Assembly: GCF_001194135.2 (NCBI RefSeq)
Contig: NC_068987.1
Span: forward strand, 66,709,946 to 66,771,184
Length of the DNA stretch: 61,239 bases
Source: Octopus bimaculoides
Lineage: Eukaryota
Direction: 5' to 3'
Below, piece by piece: positions 25,410 to 37,311 of this stretch. Position numbers and translations under genes: made by a program. Position 1 is the stretch's first letter. Each line of letters starts with the position of its first letter. The notes beneath the pieces were generated by a model. That model was not told the origin of the DNA, made no database searches, and was given only the letters and a program-made list of their open reading frames with translations.

Positions 25410-26369
25410 NNNNNNNNNNNNNNNNNNNNNNNNNNNNNNNNNNNNNNNNNNNNNNNNNNNNNNNNNNNNNNNNNNNNNNNNNNNNNNNNNNNNNNNNNNN
25501 NNNNNNNNNNNNNNNNNNNNNNNNNNNNNNNNNNNNNNNNNNNNNNNNNNNNNNNNNNNNNNNNNNNNNNNNNNNNNNNNNNNNNNNNNNNNNNNNNNNN
25601 NNNNNNNNNNNNNNNNNNNNNNNNNNNNNNNNNNNNNNNNNNNNNNNNNNNNNNNNNNNNNNNNNNNNNNNNNNNNNNNNNNNNNNNNNNNNNNNNNNNN
25701 NNNNNNNNNNNNNNNNNNNNNNNNNNNNNNNNNNNNNNNNNNNNNNNNNNNNNNNNNNNNNNNNNNNNNNNNNNNNNNNNNNNNNNNNNNNNNNNNNNNN
25801 NNNNNNNNNNNNNNNNNNNNNNNNNNNNNNNNNNNNNNNNNNNNNNNNNNNNNNNNNNNNNNNNNNNNNNNNNNNNNNNNNNNNNNNNNNNNNNNNNNNN
25901 NNNNNNNNNNNNNNNNNNNNNNNNNNNNNNNNNNNNNNNNNNNNNNNNNNNNNNNNNNNNNNNNNNNNNNNNNNNNNNNNNNNNNNNNNNNNNNNNNNNN
26001 NNNNNNNNNNNNNNNNNNNNNNNNNNNNNNNNNNNNNNNNNNNNNNNNNNNNNNNNNNNNNNNNNNNNNNNNNNNNNNNNNNNNNNNNNNNNNNNNNNNN
26101 NNNNNNNNNNNNNNNNNNNNNNNNNNNNNNNNNNNNNNNNNNNNNNNNNNNNNNNNNNNNNNNNNNNNNNNNNNNNNNNNNNNNNNNNNNNNNNNNNNNN
26201 NNNNNNNNNNNNNNNNNNNNNNNNNNNNNNNNNNNNNNNNNNNNNNNNNNNNNNNNNNNNNNNNNNNNNNNNNNNNNNNNNNNNNNNNNNNNNNNNNNNN
26301 NNNNNNNNNNNNNNNNNNNNNNNNNNNNNNNNNNNNNNNNNNNNNNNNTTGTGAGTGTTTATTGAGCGA

Positions 26370-26648
26370 AAACACCTAAAGCTCCATGAGGCTCCGGCAG
26401 GGGATGATGGCGAACCTTGCTGTACTCTTTCACCACAACTTTCTCTCACTCTTACTTCTTGTTTCTGTTGGACCTGTAATTCAAAGGGTCAGCCTTGTCA
26501 CACGGTGTCACGCTGAATATCCCCGAGAACTACTTTAAGGGTACACGTGTCTGTGGAATGCTCAGCCACTTGCACGTTAATTTCACGAGCAGGCTGTTCC
26601 GTTGATCGGATCAACTGGAATCCTCGAAGTCGTAAGCGACACAGTGCC
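26370..26648 (+). mobile_element. SINE group B variant, 3' body
   Basis: Same body as 19560-19712. Confidence 0.7.
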
Positions 26649-26669
26649 AACAACATACAATAACAATCA

Positions 26670-26888
26670 CATAGACGGCAAACTGGCAGAAACGTTAGCA
26701 CGCCGGGCAAAATACTTATCGGTATTTCGTCTGTCTTTACGTTCTGAGTTCAAATTGCACCGAGGTCGATTTTGCTTTTCATCCTTTCGGGGTCGATAAA
26801 TTAAGTACCAGTTGCGTACTGGGGTCGATCTAATCGACTGTGCCCCTCCCCCAAAATTCCGGGCCTTGTGCCTTAAGTTGAAAAGTAT
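26670..26888 (+). mobile_element. Full-length SINE group A with perfect 16-bp TSD
   Basis: CATACAATAACAATCA at 26654-26669 and 26889-26904. Confidence 0.92.
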
Positions 26889-27191
26889 CATACAATAACA
26901 ATCAGTAGATAGATAACATAAAAGTAAACATAAGTATATAGAAATATATATTTAGATAGATATTTATATAATGGGCATTACTACAGAAAAATAATGCTCC
27001 ACACTGGACTTCTCAAAATAAATATATTCTTGGGAATGGAAATTTTCCTTATGAATTTTTTTTGCACACTGGCTTCTTGATAAAATTCTTGTAAAAGAGT
27101 TTTATCCCTTTTTGAATTTATTTAGATAGATAGATAGATAGAGAGATTCATAAATAAATATAAAGGTATAGAAAAAGAGACAGAGAACGAG

Positions 27192-27222
<31 letters not shown>

Positions 27223-27854
27223 GGCAGGAAGAGGGAGCTGTTGATATATACAGGCATGCCAATGCAGACTTGCAAGCGCTCATACGATTATTTGCATGCA
27301 CGAACACTGAAGCCCACACAGTTATGCTTCTTGTTTAAAACACGATTTGCTCAAAGAAATAGGCGTAATAGAGAAATCTATGTATNNNNNNNNNNTATAT
27401 ATATATATATATATATATTCACGCACATACACAAATACGCATAAGTATATTTGTGTATGTATGTGTGTGTATATATGTATGTTCTGAGAAATAGTGAAAT
27501 AGAAATACAGCATGTGGAAGAGACAAGAGATACAGACGGACGTATAAGTAAATGTAAGAATGGAAAAAGAAATTGTAAAAACATTGAAAAATATAGTAGA
27601 AAGAAGTCCAAAACACACCCGAACACGTGCCAAAAAACAGAAAGAGATTAACACACAAAAAAAAGCACTATTTCCAAAAATTCATTGTTTCGAATGAAAC
27701 TGAAAATAAAATATTTCTTCAGTTGCTTTTATTATTATTTTTTTTTTTTTTGGCTTAGTGTTTGTGTTTTATTTTTTGGCTTTTTAAATATATTTTTGTA
27801 AAGAATGCTTTCAAAAACTGTTCGCTTCTCATCCATTAGTCACTGAACGTCTTA

Positions 27855-28274
27855 TTTCGTTTTAGTCGGTACTGTTGTAGTTATTTCTGTAGCTGTGGTG
27901 GTGGTTGCTGTCGTGGTTATTGTTGTTATTGCGGGTGTTGTTTCAGTTATTATTATTTTTTTGTTGTTGTTCGTTTTGCTGTTGTTTTCGATGTTGATAT
28001 TGATGTTGTTGTTGCTGCTGCTGCTGCTGCTGCTGTTGCGATTGCTGCTGAGAGTATTGCGTTTTTGTTGCAACTGTTTTAGCTATTCGTTTTCGCATCA
28101 CCATGTTGTCGTCGTCGTCGTCGTCGTCGCCGTCGTCATCATCATCATAGTCATCGCCATCATCATCGTCTTTGTTATCATCATCATCATCATCATCATC
28201 ATCGTCGTCGTCGTCGTCGTCGTCGTCGTCAATACTTCGCCGTCGTTATCATCATTGTCGTCATCATCATTGTC

Positions 28275-28311
<37 letters not shown>

Positions 28312-28560
28312 CCACCATCCTCATTATCATCATCAACATCATCATCATCATCATCATCTTCGTCGTCGTCGGCGTCGTCATCACCATCATTATCATCGTC
28401 ATCATCATCATCAAGAACAACAACACAATCAGCATCATCACATGATATTAGTCTCCCTCTTCTTTCAACTCCTTCTCACCTTCAATATCATCATCAACAA
28501 CTACGACGACATTTTTCATGATCATCAACATCATGACAATCATCCTTATCATCCTTGTCA
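27855..28560. repeat. Compound trinucleotide tract (GTT/GCT/GTC/CAT)n
   Basis: Direct. It explains the poly-V/I/S/H/M ORFs. Confidence 0.95.
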
Positions 28561-28879
28561 TCGCGGGATGATAGCGAGCAGGTGGAATATGACATGATGA
28601 CGGTAATAACAAGAATGACTAAACGAAAGCTTATGGCTCATTAGAAACGCCAAGACCGTTGCAGGATATTTTTTTTCTTTTTAGGAATCCAAACAACGCC
28701 ACCGCTGATCTTATCCATAAACTCCAGAATTAATGTGCCTCTACTTTGCCTCATTTCGTTCATTGGATCCTTGCCATGAATCAACGTTCTTTTGGGACGG
28801 TTTTAATCGATGATGTCGAATAGCTGTATATACATGGAGATGTTAAAACGTTTGGCTTTAAGGGTATCGCGAAAAGCTT

Positions 28880-29047
28880 GGATGGAGACCCAACCTTCCG
28901 ATTTCTTTTACAGGGCTTAGGAAAGCTGAAGGATCGGTACAATAAGTGTGTCAATTTGAGAGGGGAATATGTTGAATAAAATCATGGTTAACTGATCTTT
29001 CTGTATTTTTCCTTACCTAGAGCCAGCAAGTTTTCAGCACACCCTCT
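28880..29047 (+). mobile_element. mariner right end
   Basis: WMETQPSDF..QGLGKLKDRYNKCVNLRGEYVE* followed by the terminus ..CAGCACACCCTCT|TA. Confidence 0.8.
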
Positions 29048-29724
29048 TATATTTCAGACCGGAGCTGTTCACATTAGTACGACGTTTATCAATAGGTAAC
29101 GCAAGTAAGAATACACACATACGCAATACACACTTATCCATATCCAAATATATGCATACATATTTATATATANNNNNNNNNNNNNNNNNNNNNNNNNNNN
29201 NNNNNNNNNNNNNNNNNNNNNNNNNNNNNNNNNNNNNNNNNNNNNNNNNNNNNNNNNNNNNNNNNNNNNNNNNNNNNNNNNNNNNNNNNNNNNNNNNNNN
29301 NNNNNNNNNNNNNNNNNNNNNNNNNNNNNNNNNNNNNNNNNNNNNNNNNNNNNNNNNNNNNNNNNNNNNNNNNNNNNNNNNNNNNNNNNNNNNNNNNNNN
29401 NNNNNNNNNNNNNNNNNNNNNNNNNNNNNNNNNNNNNNNNNNNNNNNNNNNNNNNNNNNNNNNNNNNNNNNNNNNNNNNNNNNNNNNNNNNNNNNNNNNN
29501 NNNNNNNNNNNNNNNNNNNNNNNNNNNNNNNNNNNNNNNNNNNNNNNNNNNNNNNNNNNNNNNNNNNNNNNNNNNNNNNNNNNNNNNNNNNNNNNNNNNN
29601 NNNNNNNNNNNNNNNNNNNNNNNNNNNNNNNNNNNNNNNNNNNNNNNNNNNNNNNNNNNNNNNNNNNNNNNNNNNNNNNNNNNNNNNNNNNNNNNNNNNN
29701 NNNNNNNNNNTATATATTACTGGT

Positions 29725-29815
29725 GAAGGCCGGTTTATAGGGCTAGCCTGGGTTTCTAGCCATAAAGATACCCTTTATGGAAAGAAAACTAGAGTAACCC
29801 TATAAACCAGCCTTC
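29725..29815. repeat. 91-nt hairpin/palindrome (43-bp arms, 5-nt loop)
   Basis: The arms match at 35 of 43 positions with no indels. Loop ATACC. Confidence 0.9.
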
Positions 29816-29859
29816 CTGTCCGGGTTTATGTTTTTAAAAAACCATATATCTGTGTGTGA

Positions 29860-30030
29860 GTGTGTAGGTATGGTTGTGTAGTAAGAAGTTTACTTCCCAA
29901 CCACTCTCTCTCAGCTTCAGTCCTACTGCGTGACACATTCGGCAAGCGTGTTCTACAACGGCCGGGCCAATGAAAGCCTTGTAAGGGAATTGATTTGGTA
30001 GGTGGAAACTGAAAGAGGGTCATCGCGCGT
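29860..30030 (+). mobile_element. CORE-type SINE group B fragment
   Basis: GTCCTACTGCGTGACACATTCGGCAAGCGTGTTCTAC..GGAAACTGAAAGA resembles 36790-36950 and 48435-48600. Confidence 0.7.
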
Positions 30031-30062
30031 GCGCCTACACACACACACATTATGATTATTAA

Positions 30063-30167
30063 AGCTGAAAAACATCATAAAAATATCATAAGAAACTGCT
30101 CGACGAACGGAAACATGAACTCTGAGTAGCAGTTTCTTGTAACATTTCTGTGATGTCTTTTGCAGCT
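30063..30167. mobile_element. 105-bp MITE with TTAA TSD and AG..CT termini (Kolobok-like)
   Basis: TTAA|AGCTGAAAAACATCA...TGATGTCTTTTGCAGCT|TTAA with ~40-bp imperfect TIRs. Confidence 0.65.
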
Positions 30168-30253
30168 TTAATAATAATAAAGCATATTAGTCTACCACCA
30201 GTATTCGAGTACTATCTTTTCCCAACTTGTTTCACATTTATGTGCTTAGTTTG

Positions 30254-30292
<39 letters not shown>

Positions 30293-30358
30293 NNNNNNNN
30301 NNNNNNNNNNNNNNNNNNNNNNNNNNNNNNNNNNNNNNNNNNNNNNNNNNNNNNNNNN

Positions 30359-30409
<51 letters not shown>

Positions 30410-31139
30410 ATATACGAGAACTGAACTTTTGGGATCATGTCCACATGTCACAAAATACCTGTTACGGTTTTGCCTCCCCTCCACCAAGATCGTGGCGAGA
30501 ATCCATATTTCTATTATAATCCTACACAAGAATTTCTGTGCTTTAACTTCCATTAATTTTTTATTCTTTGCTAATTTTTTATGTATATTTTTATTTCTTC
30601 CCTCTTACTTTTTACTTGTGTGTATATTTATATGTATGTATATATATCAAATGTATATGTATGTGCGTGTGTAAGTGTGTATGTATGTATATGAGTGCAA
30701 CACTGCATCCAATGTATATGTGCGACTTTTATGCACACGCCCCCTTCATTTATATGGATATGGATATGTTTATATATATACGGGAATGTGAATGCATGTC
30801 TGTATCTATGTACGTATATTTATATATATAAATGTCTAAATATATATGTAATATTTTACGCGGATGCATGTAAGTATCTATGTGTATATGAAGATGAGTG
30901 TCGTATAAATATATATATATATAATATATATATATATACATGTGTGTGTGTGTATGGATATGTGTGTATGTATGAGTACATGTGAGTGTGTACGCATGTA
31001 GACATTTTGAACGCAGGAGGTTTATGTCTTTGTATTGTGAGAATTAGATTATCTTCCCTTTTATTCAACGACTTTTCATAGCGTCCGTCGCCATTAATAG
31101 CAGGCGAGAATGTTTCGTAGCTCTTCACTCCAACATTCT

Positions 31140-31748
31140 CCAAATCATCGGAAATTTCCACAGAATACTTCATCCGCGAAACTTTCCAGCAAGACTCCGG
31201 AACATTCCAGTAAATAGACCCTACTCGGAACTTTCCGGGAAGACCTCGGAATGTTCCAGAAAGTCCCATCTTCGGAACGTCCCAGAAAGAGAAATCCTTT
31301 GAACTTTCCAGAGAATACTTCATACTCGGAACTTTCCAAGAATTACAATACTTCGAACTTTCCAGGAAATAGTCCACCCACGGAACACTCCAGGAAGACC
31401 TCGGAATGTTTCAAGAAGTCCCATCCACGGAACTTTCCAGAGGAAGAAGGTCATCCGCGGAACTTTCCAGGAAGCCACAACGTCGGACCTTTCGAGGAAA
31501 ACCCGAGAATTTTCCAGGAAATCCCATCCTCGGAGTCTTCAAGGAAGTAGTTCATTCTTCGGAATTTTCAGGAAGTACAATCCTCGGATATTTCCAGGAA
31601 GTGCAATCCTTGGGAATTTCCAGGAGGTAGTTCATCGTCGGAACTTTCCAGGAAAACCTCGGGATGTTCCAAGAAGTCCTATCCACGGTACTTTTAAGAA
31701 AGTCCTCGGAACTTTCCAGGAAATCCCATCCTCAGAACTTTCCAGAAA
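31140..31748 (+). repeat. Minisatellite block A (CCTCGGAACTTTCCAGGAA core, ~21-28 bp units)
   Basis: About 22 diverged units counted by eye. Confidence 0.9.
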
Positions 31749-32103
31749 CAGGGACAGAGGGAGACAGACAGGCGGAGAGAGAGAGGCAGACAGGCGGACA
31801 GAGAGGGAGAGACAGACAGGCGGACAGTGAGGGAGAGAAATAGAGAGATACGGAGAGAAAGAGAGAGACACAGGGAGATAGAGAGAGACAGAAAGCTAGA
31901 GAGAGACAGAGAGGGGGACAGAAAGGGAGAGAGAGAGAAAAGGAGAGAGAGAGACAACGGGATACAGAGAAAGGGAGAGAGAGAAAGGAAGAGAGTGAGG
32001 GGCAGAGAGACAGAGAGCGAGAGACAGTGAGAAACAACAACAGTGAGCGAGAGAGAAATAGAGAGAGATAGAGACAGAGAAAGACAGAGAGAGAGACGGA
32101 GAA
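31749..32103 (+). repeat. Degenerate (GA)n/GAGACA purine tract
   Basis: Direct. Confidence 0.9.
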
Positions 32104-32645
32104 AGGAAGAATTTCCGAATAGGTCATGGAAAGATCCAAGGACTTCTTGGAAAGTTCCGAGGATTTCGTGGAAAGATCCGAGCATTTATGGAACGATCCT
32201 ATGATTTCATGGAAAGTTCCGAGGAATTCAAGGGAAGTTCGAGGGTTTCATGTAAAGTTCCGAGGATTTCATGGAAAGTTCCGAGGATTTCATTGAATGT
32301 TCCGATGATTTCATTGAAAGTTCCGAGCATACCATGGGAAGTTCCGAGGATGAGATAGGTACTTCCTGGGAAATTCCGATGATTTCATGCAAAGATCCGA
32401 GTATCTCATGGAAAGTTCCGAGGATTTCATGGGAAGTTCCGACGGTTTCATGGGAACTTCGGGGATGTTATAGGTACTTCCTGGAAAGTTCCGAGGATTT
32501 TATGGAAAGTTCCGAGGTTTCATTGAATGTTCCGAGAATTTCAAGTAATATTCCGAGGATCCATGTGAAGTTCCAAGGATTGGATATGTACTTCTTGGAA
32601 AATTCCTAGGATTTCATGGAAGGATCCGAGGTTTAATAGAATTTT
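32104..32645 (-). repeat. Minisatellite block B, inverted, mostly 21-bp period (GGAAAGTTCCGAGGATTTCAT on +)
   Basis: Reverse complement of the block A core. Confidence 0.9.
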
Positions 32646-32651
32646 CTAAGA

Positions 32652-33192
32652 CATAGAGAGACAAAGAAAGATACAGAGAAAGAGAAAGAGAGACAGAGAA
32701 TGACAAAGAGCGAAACAGAGAGAGAAAGAGAGAGAGTGAGAGAGAGAGTGAGAGAGAGACTGAGAGAGAGAGAGACTGAAAGAGTGAGAAAGAGAGAGAG
32801 AATGAAAGAGAGAATAAGAGAGAGAATGAGAGAGAGAATGAGAGAGAATAAGAGAGATATAGAGAGAGACAGACGGACAGGGACAGAGCGAGACAGACAG
32901 TCAGACAGAGAGAGACAGAGAATGAGAGAGAGAATGAGAGAGACAGAGAATGATAGAGACAGAGAGGGTGACGGAGAGAGAGTGACAGAGAGAGAGAGTG
33001 ACAGAGACAGATTGACAGAGACAGATTGACAGAGAGAGAGACAGAGAATTAGAAACACAGAGAGGGAGAGATTGAGTGAGGAAGAGATGAAATGAGGTTG
33101 TGATAGAGAGAGTGAGAGTGAGAATGAGAGAATGAGAGAGAGAGTGTGATACAGATAGAAAGGGGGAGAGAGAAAGAGATATATAGAGAGAG
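32652..33192 (+). repeat. Degenerate (GA)n purine tract
   Basis: Direct. Confidence 0.9.
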
Positions 33193-33199
33193 GTAGGTA

Positions 33200-33840
33200 A
33201 GTCATCCTCGGAACTTTCCATGCCAGGAACTTTCCAGGATTATGTCGGAATTTTCCAGGAAGCATCAACCTCGGAACTTTCCAGGAAGACCCCAGAATTT
33301 TCCAGGAAGTCCCATGCGTGGAATCTTCCAGTAAGTAGTTCATCCTTAGAAATTTCCAGGAAGTGCAACACTCGGAACTTCCCAGGAAATAGTTCTTCCG
33401 CGCAAATTTCCAGGAAGATTTCAGAATTTTCCAGGTAGTCCCATCCTCGGAACTTTCCTGGAAAACCTCGGAATTTCCCAGGAAGGGCAATATTCTGAAC
33501 TTTCCGATGAATGCTTCACCTCGGAACTTTCCATGAAGTGCAATCCTTGGAACTTTCCAGAAGATAGTTCATCTACGGAACTTTCCAGGAAGACCTCAGA
33601 ATGTTCCAGGAAGTCTCATCCTCGCTACTTTCCGGAAAACCTTGTAATTTTCGAGGAAATCCCATCCTCAGAACTTTCCAGAGGAAGGGGTTAATAATTG
33701 GGGACATTCTAGGAAAAACTCGGAAGTTTGCAGGAAATGCATCCCTTGAACTTTCCAGGAAGTCCAATCCTCGGAATTTCTCAGGAAATATTTCATCCTC
33801 GGAACTTGCCAGAAGGACCTCGGAATTTTCCAGGAAACCT
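33200..33840 (+). repeat. Minisatellite block C (same orientation as A)
   Basis: Repeated CCTCGGAACTTTCCAGGAA. Confidence 0.9.
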
Positions 33841-33902
33841 CAGAGAGAGAGAGAGAGAAAGAAAGAAAGAAAGAGAGAGAGAAAGACAGGGAGGGAGAGG
33901 GA

Positions 33903-33985
<83 letters not shown>

Positions 33986-34060
33986 GAAGAAAGAAAGAAA
34001 GAAAGAAAATAGGAAAGAAAGAAAGAGAGAGAGAGACAATGAAAGAAAGAGAGAGAGAGA
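33841..34060 (+). repeat. (GA)n/(GAAA)n tract
   Basis: Direct. Confidence 0.95.
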
Positions 34061-34502
34061 TAACTGAAGTTTTTTGTTCAGTTTTTGTAGTGAGTGAATG
34101 TGAGTGATTGACAGAGAAAACCGAGAGAGAGTAAGTAAGTATGTATGTATGTATGTATGTATGAATGGCTTCAGTGACACACACTCACATACATGCACGC
34201 ATTCAAGGTGTTGTAATCGATTTTCTCAGTAACTATGAGGGCTAGGAAAAAATATAAAGCGAGTTCCAATCTATGCACCCGTCACCACATGTATATGTGT
34301 GCTATTTTTCACGCGAATCCACCCATCCGTTTGGCTGTGAAACTTGAGACAAGAAAGAATACAACGGTCACCTATGATCAATTTATATTATAGATAGAGA
34401 GAGAGAGAGAGGGGGGGGGAGAGAGACAGACATACAGACAGACAGACACACACACAGACACACAGATATACAGATATCTAGATAGCTGGCAAAATTGATC
34501 GC

Positions 34503-34582
<80 letters not shown>

Positions 34583-34837
34583 GAACAGTCGATTCACCTT
34601 ACTAATAGTTACAAATGAACTTCTATGATTTCCAGTTTATTTATCACACTTGTGTGTACGGCACAAAGGAAGGCGTTCATAGTTCATTTCGTATTTGAAA
34701 CATTCTTGGTATTAATATATATAAAAATACTCTATCTTGATAACAGTAACAGGAAATTATTATTAAACAAATTCAAAAGATTTTTAGTACCTTGATTTAT
34801 GATATATTGACTTACAATTAAATATATGTTTAAGACG

Positions 34838-35470
34838 TAAGGCGGTGAGCTGGCAGAAACGATAGCAAGCCGGGCGATATGTATAGCGGTATTTCGTCTG
34901 ACGATACGTTCTGAATTCAAATTCCGCCGTGGTTCGACATTGCCTTTCATCCTTTCGTGGTCGATAAATTAAGTACCAGTTACTCACTGGGGTCGATGTA
35001 GTCCATGTTTGTCCCCTCTGTGTTTAGCCCTTTGTGGGCAATAAGAAAATTTAGCGCGCCGGGGGAAATGCTTGGCGGTTGTTCGTCTTCTTTTACGATA
35101 TGAGTTCAAATTCCGCCGAGATCGACTCTGCCTTTCATCCTTGGGAGGGATCGATAAATTAAGTACCAGTTGTGCACTGTATCGATCTCATCGACTGACC
35201 CCCTCCCCCAAAATTTCGGCCCTTGTGCCTAGAGTAAAAAAGATTCTATAATTCTTTCAAGGCGTCGAGCTGACAGAAAATTTAGCACGCTGGACGAAAT
35301 ACTTAGCGGTATTTCACCCGTCGCTACATTCTGAGTTCAAATTCCGCCGAGGTCAACTTTGCCTTTCATCCTTTCGGGGTTCATAAATTAAGTACCAGTT
35401 GCGTACTGGGGTCGATCTAATTGACTGACCCCGCTCCCTCAAAATTTCGGGCTTTGTGCCAAGAGTAGAA
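34838..35470 (+). mobile_element. Three head-to-tail SINE group A copies
   Basis: Copies at ~34838-35045, ~35055-35240 and ~35260-35470. The first has the alternative tail (TTTGTCCCCTCTGTGTTTAGCCC). Confidence 0.9.
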
Positions 35471-35732
35471 CAAATATTTTTTTTTAAATAACAGATTTTG
35501 ACGTGCCAAATTATATTCGTACATTTTAATTTGGAATGTTGAAATTCTGAGAAGATTACAAAACGCTAGAAGATTATGAATCATATGCAAATAATAAATT
35601 TAGTTTGACATCTCATAACTCCTGAGTTCGTGGTTATAATTTATTCATTGTGGAAATAGTGTCTGCTTGTCTATCCTAGGTTTTAGGTTGCACGGACAAG
35701 TTAAACTACATCTTAATACAATTGTTGTTAAC

Positions 35733-35945
35733 GAAGGCGGTGAGCTGGCAGAATCGTTAGCACGCCGGGAAAAATACCTCGTAGCATTTCGTATGTCTTA
35801 ACGTTCTAAGTTGCAATTACAGCGAGGTTGACTTTGCCGTTCATCCTTCCGGAGTCGATAATACAAGTACCTGCTGAGCAGTGGACAGTTTAAACGTTTT
35901 ACACCTCCCCTGAAATTGCTGGTGCTCTGCCAAATTTTAAAACAA
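35733..35945 (+). mobile_element. SINE group A
   Basis: AGGCGGTGAGCTGGCAGAATCGTTAGCACGCCGGG head plus core. Confidence 0.85.
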
Positions 35946-36532
35946 CTATGTGAAGACTTAGCCAACATCTTGCGGGAGTACTAATTGCAAGATCTGCTTG
36001 ATTCCTTGATAACAGTTTATTCTTTAATCTGTATGCGTATGCATGTAACTTGACTGCGTCTTGGCAAGACAATTACTATTTATGTACATTGATACTATTT
36101 AAAACTGACGTATTAATTTGCAAAATTTTTAATTTATCAATATTTTATCCAAGCTACATTTTAGAAGAAATTGACGTATTTAATCTCTTGTACAAACGTG
36201 ATATATCCCATATGTATAAGCCATCTTGAATCTGTCCTGATACTAGTTTTCGCCAGTCGGGATGCGATTTATAAAACTGGTGTCGTACCGTTTTTTGTCG
36301 ATCAAAGTTCATTTGAAGTCTCATCGGTCGGATGCATTGCAAAGAAATCTAGTGAAGTGTTATTATTGTCTTCATCATTCTTTCCTCCTCCGTTTAATCC
36401 TCCTCTTCCATTTCCTCGTATATCTCTTTCACGTATATCTCTTTCATTCCCTATGTCTTTGGCTGTCACACTCCTCCTCTCATTATATACATGTATGTAT
36501 GTATGTATGTGTGTATGTATGTCTACTCTTTT

Positions 36533-36702
36533 ACTCTTCTACTTGTTTCAGTCATTTGACAGCGGCCATGGTGCAGCACCGCCTTTAGTCTAGCAAATCG
36601 ACCCCAGGACTTATATTTTGTAAGCCTAGTACTTATTCTATCGGTATCTTTTGCCGAACCGTTAAGTTACGGGAACGTAAACACACCAGCATCGGTTGTC
36701 AA
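36533..36702 (-). mobile_element. 3' half of a group B SINE, inverted
   Basis: Reverse complement of 36998-37165. Confidence 0.85.
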
Positions 36703-36749
36703 TATATATACATATATATATATACATATGTGTATGTATGTATATATAT

Positions 36750-36786
<37 letters not shown>

Positions 36787-36789
36787 AGA

Positions 36790-37165
36790 GTGAGTGTGTG
36801 GTAAGTGGCTTGCTTACCAACCACATGGTTCCGGGTTCAGTCCCACTGCGTGGCACCTTGGGCAAGTGTCTTCTACTATAGCCTCTGGCCGGCCAAAGCA
36901 TCGTGGTTGGATTTGGTAGAGGGAAACAGAAAGAAACCCGTCGATTATGTGTATGTGTGTGTACATGTTTGTGTGTGTATCCACCCCCCAACATCGCTTC
37001 ACAACCGATGCTAGTGTGTTTACGTGCCCGTAACATAGCAGTTCGGCAAGAGAGACGATAGAATAAGTGCTAGTCTTACAAAGAATAAGTTCTGGCGTCG
37101 ATGTGCTCGTCTAAAGGCGATGCTCCAGCATGGCTGCATTCAAATAACTCCAACAAGTAAAAGCA
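36790..37165 (+). mobile_element. CORE-type tRNA SINE (group B), near full length
   Basis: Head GTGGTAAGTGGCTTGCTTACC..GGTTCAGTCCC, CORE-like CACCTTGGGCAAGTGTCTTCTAC, and tail. Confidence 0.85.
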
Positions 37166-37311
37166 TAAAAGAATATATATATATATAAATATATATGTAA
37201 TAATAATAATATTAGGGATAAAAATCCAAATCTACAGGTAAAAACTCAATTAAATTCAATTTATTAAAAATAAAAATTAAATTAAGTTTCACAGTATTAA
37301 ATATAAATATC

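Noticed and set aside
27852-28597. Long poly-His/Ser/Val/Met ORFs
   Set aside because: They are translations of trinucleotide microsatellites and are open in several frames on both strands.
31140-33840. CRISPR-like appearance of the repeated unit with variable spacers
   Set aside because: The spacers are 2-12 nt and homologous to each other, the context is eukaryotic and there are no cas genes. It is a minisatellite.
32633-34198. 285-aa and other ORFs over the satellite
   Set aside because: They are made of GA/CT tracts and minisatellite units, with no domain content.
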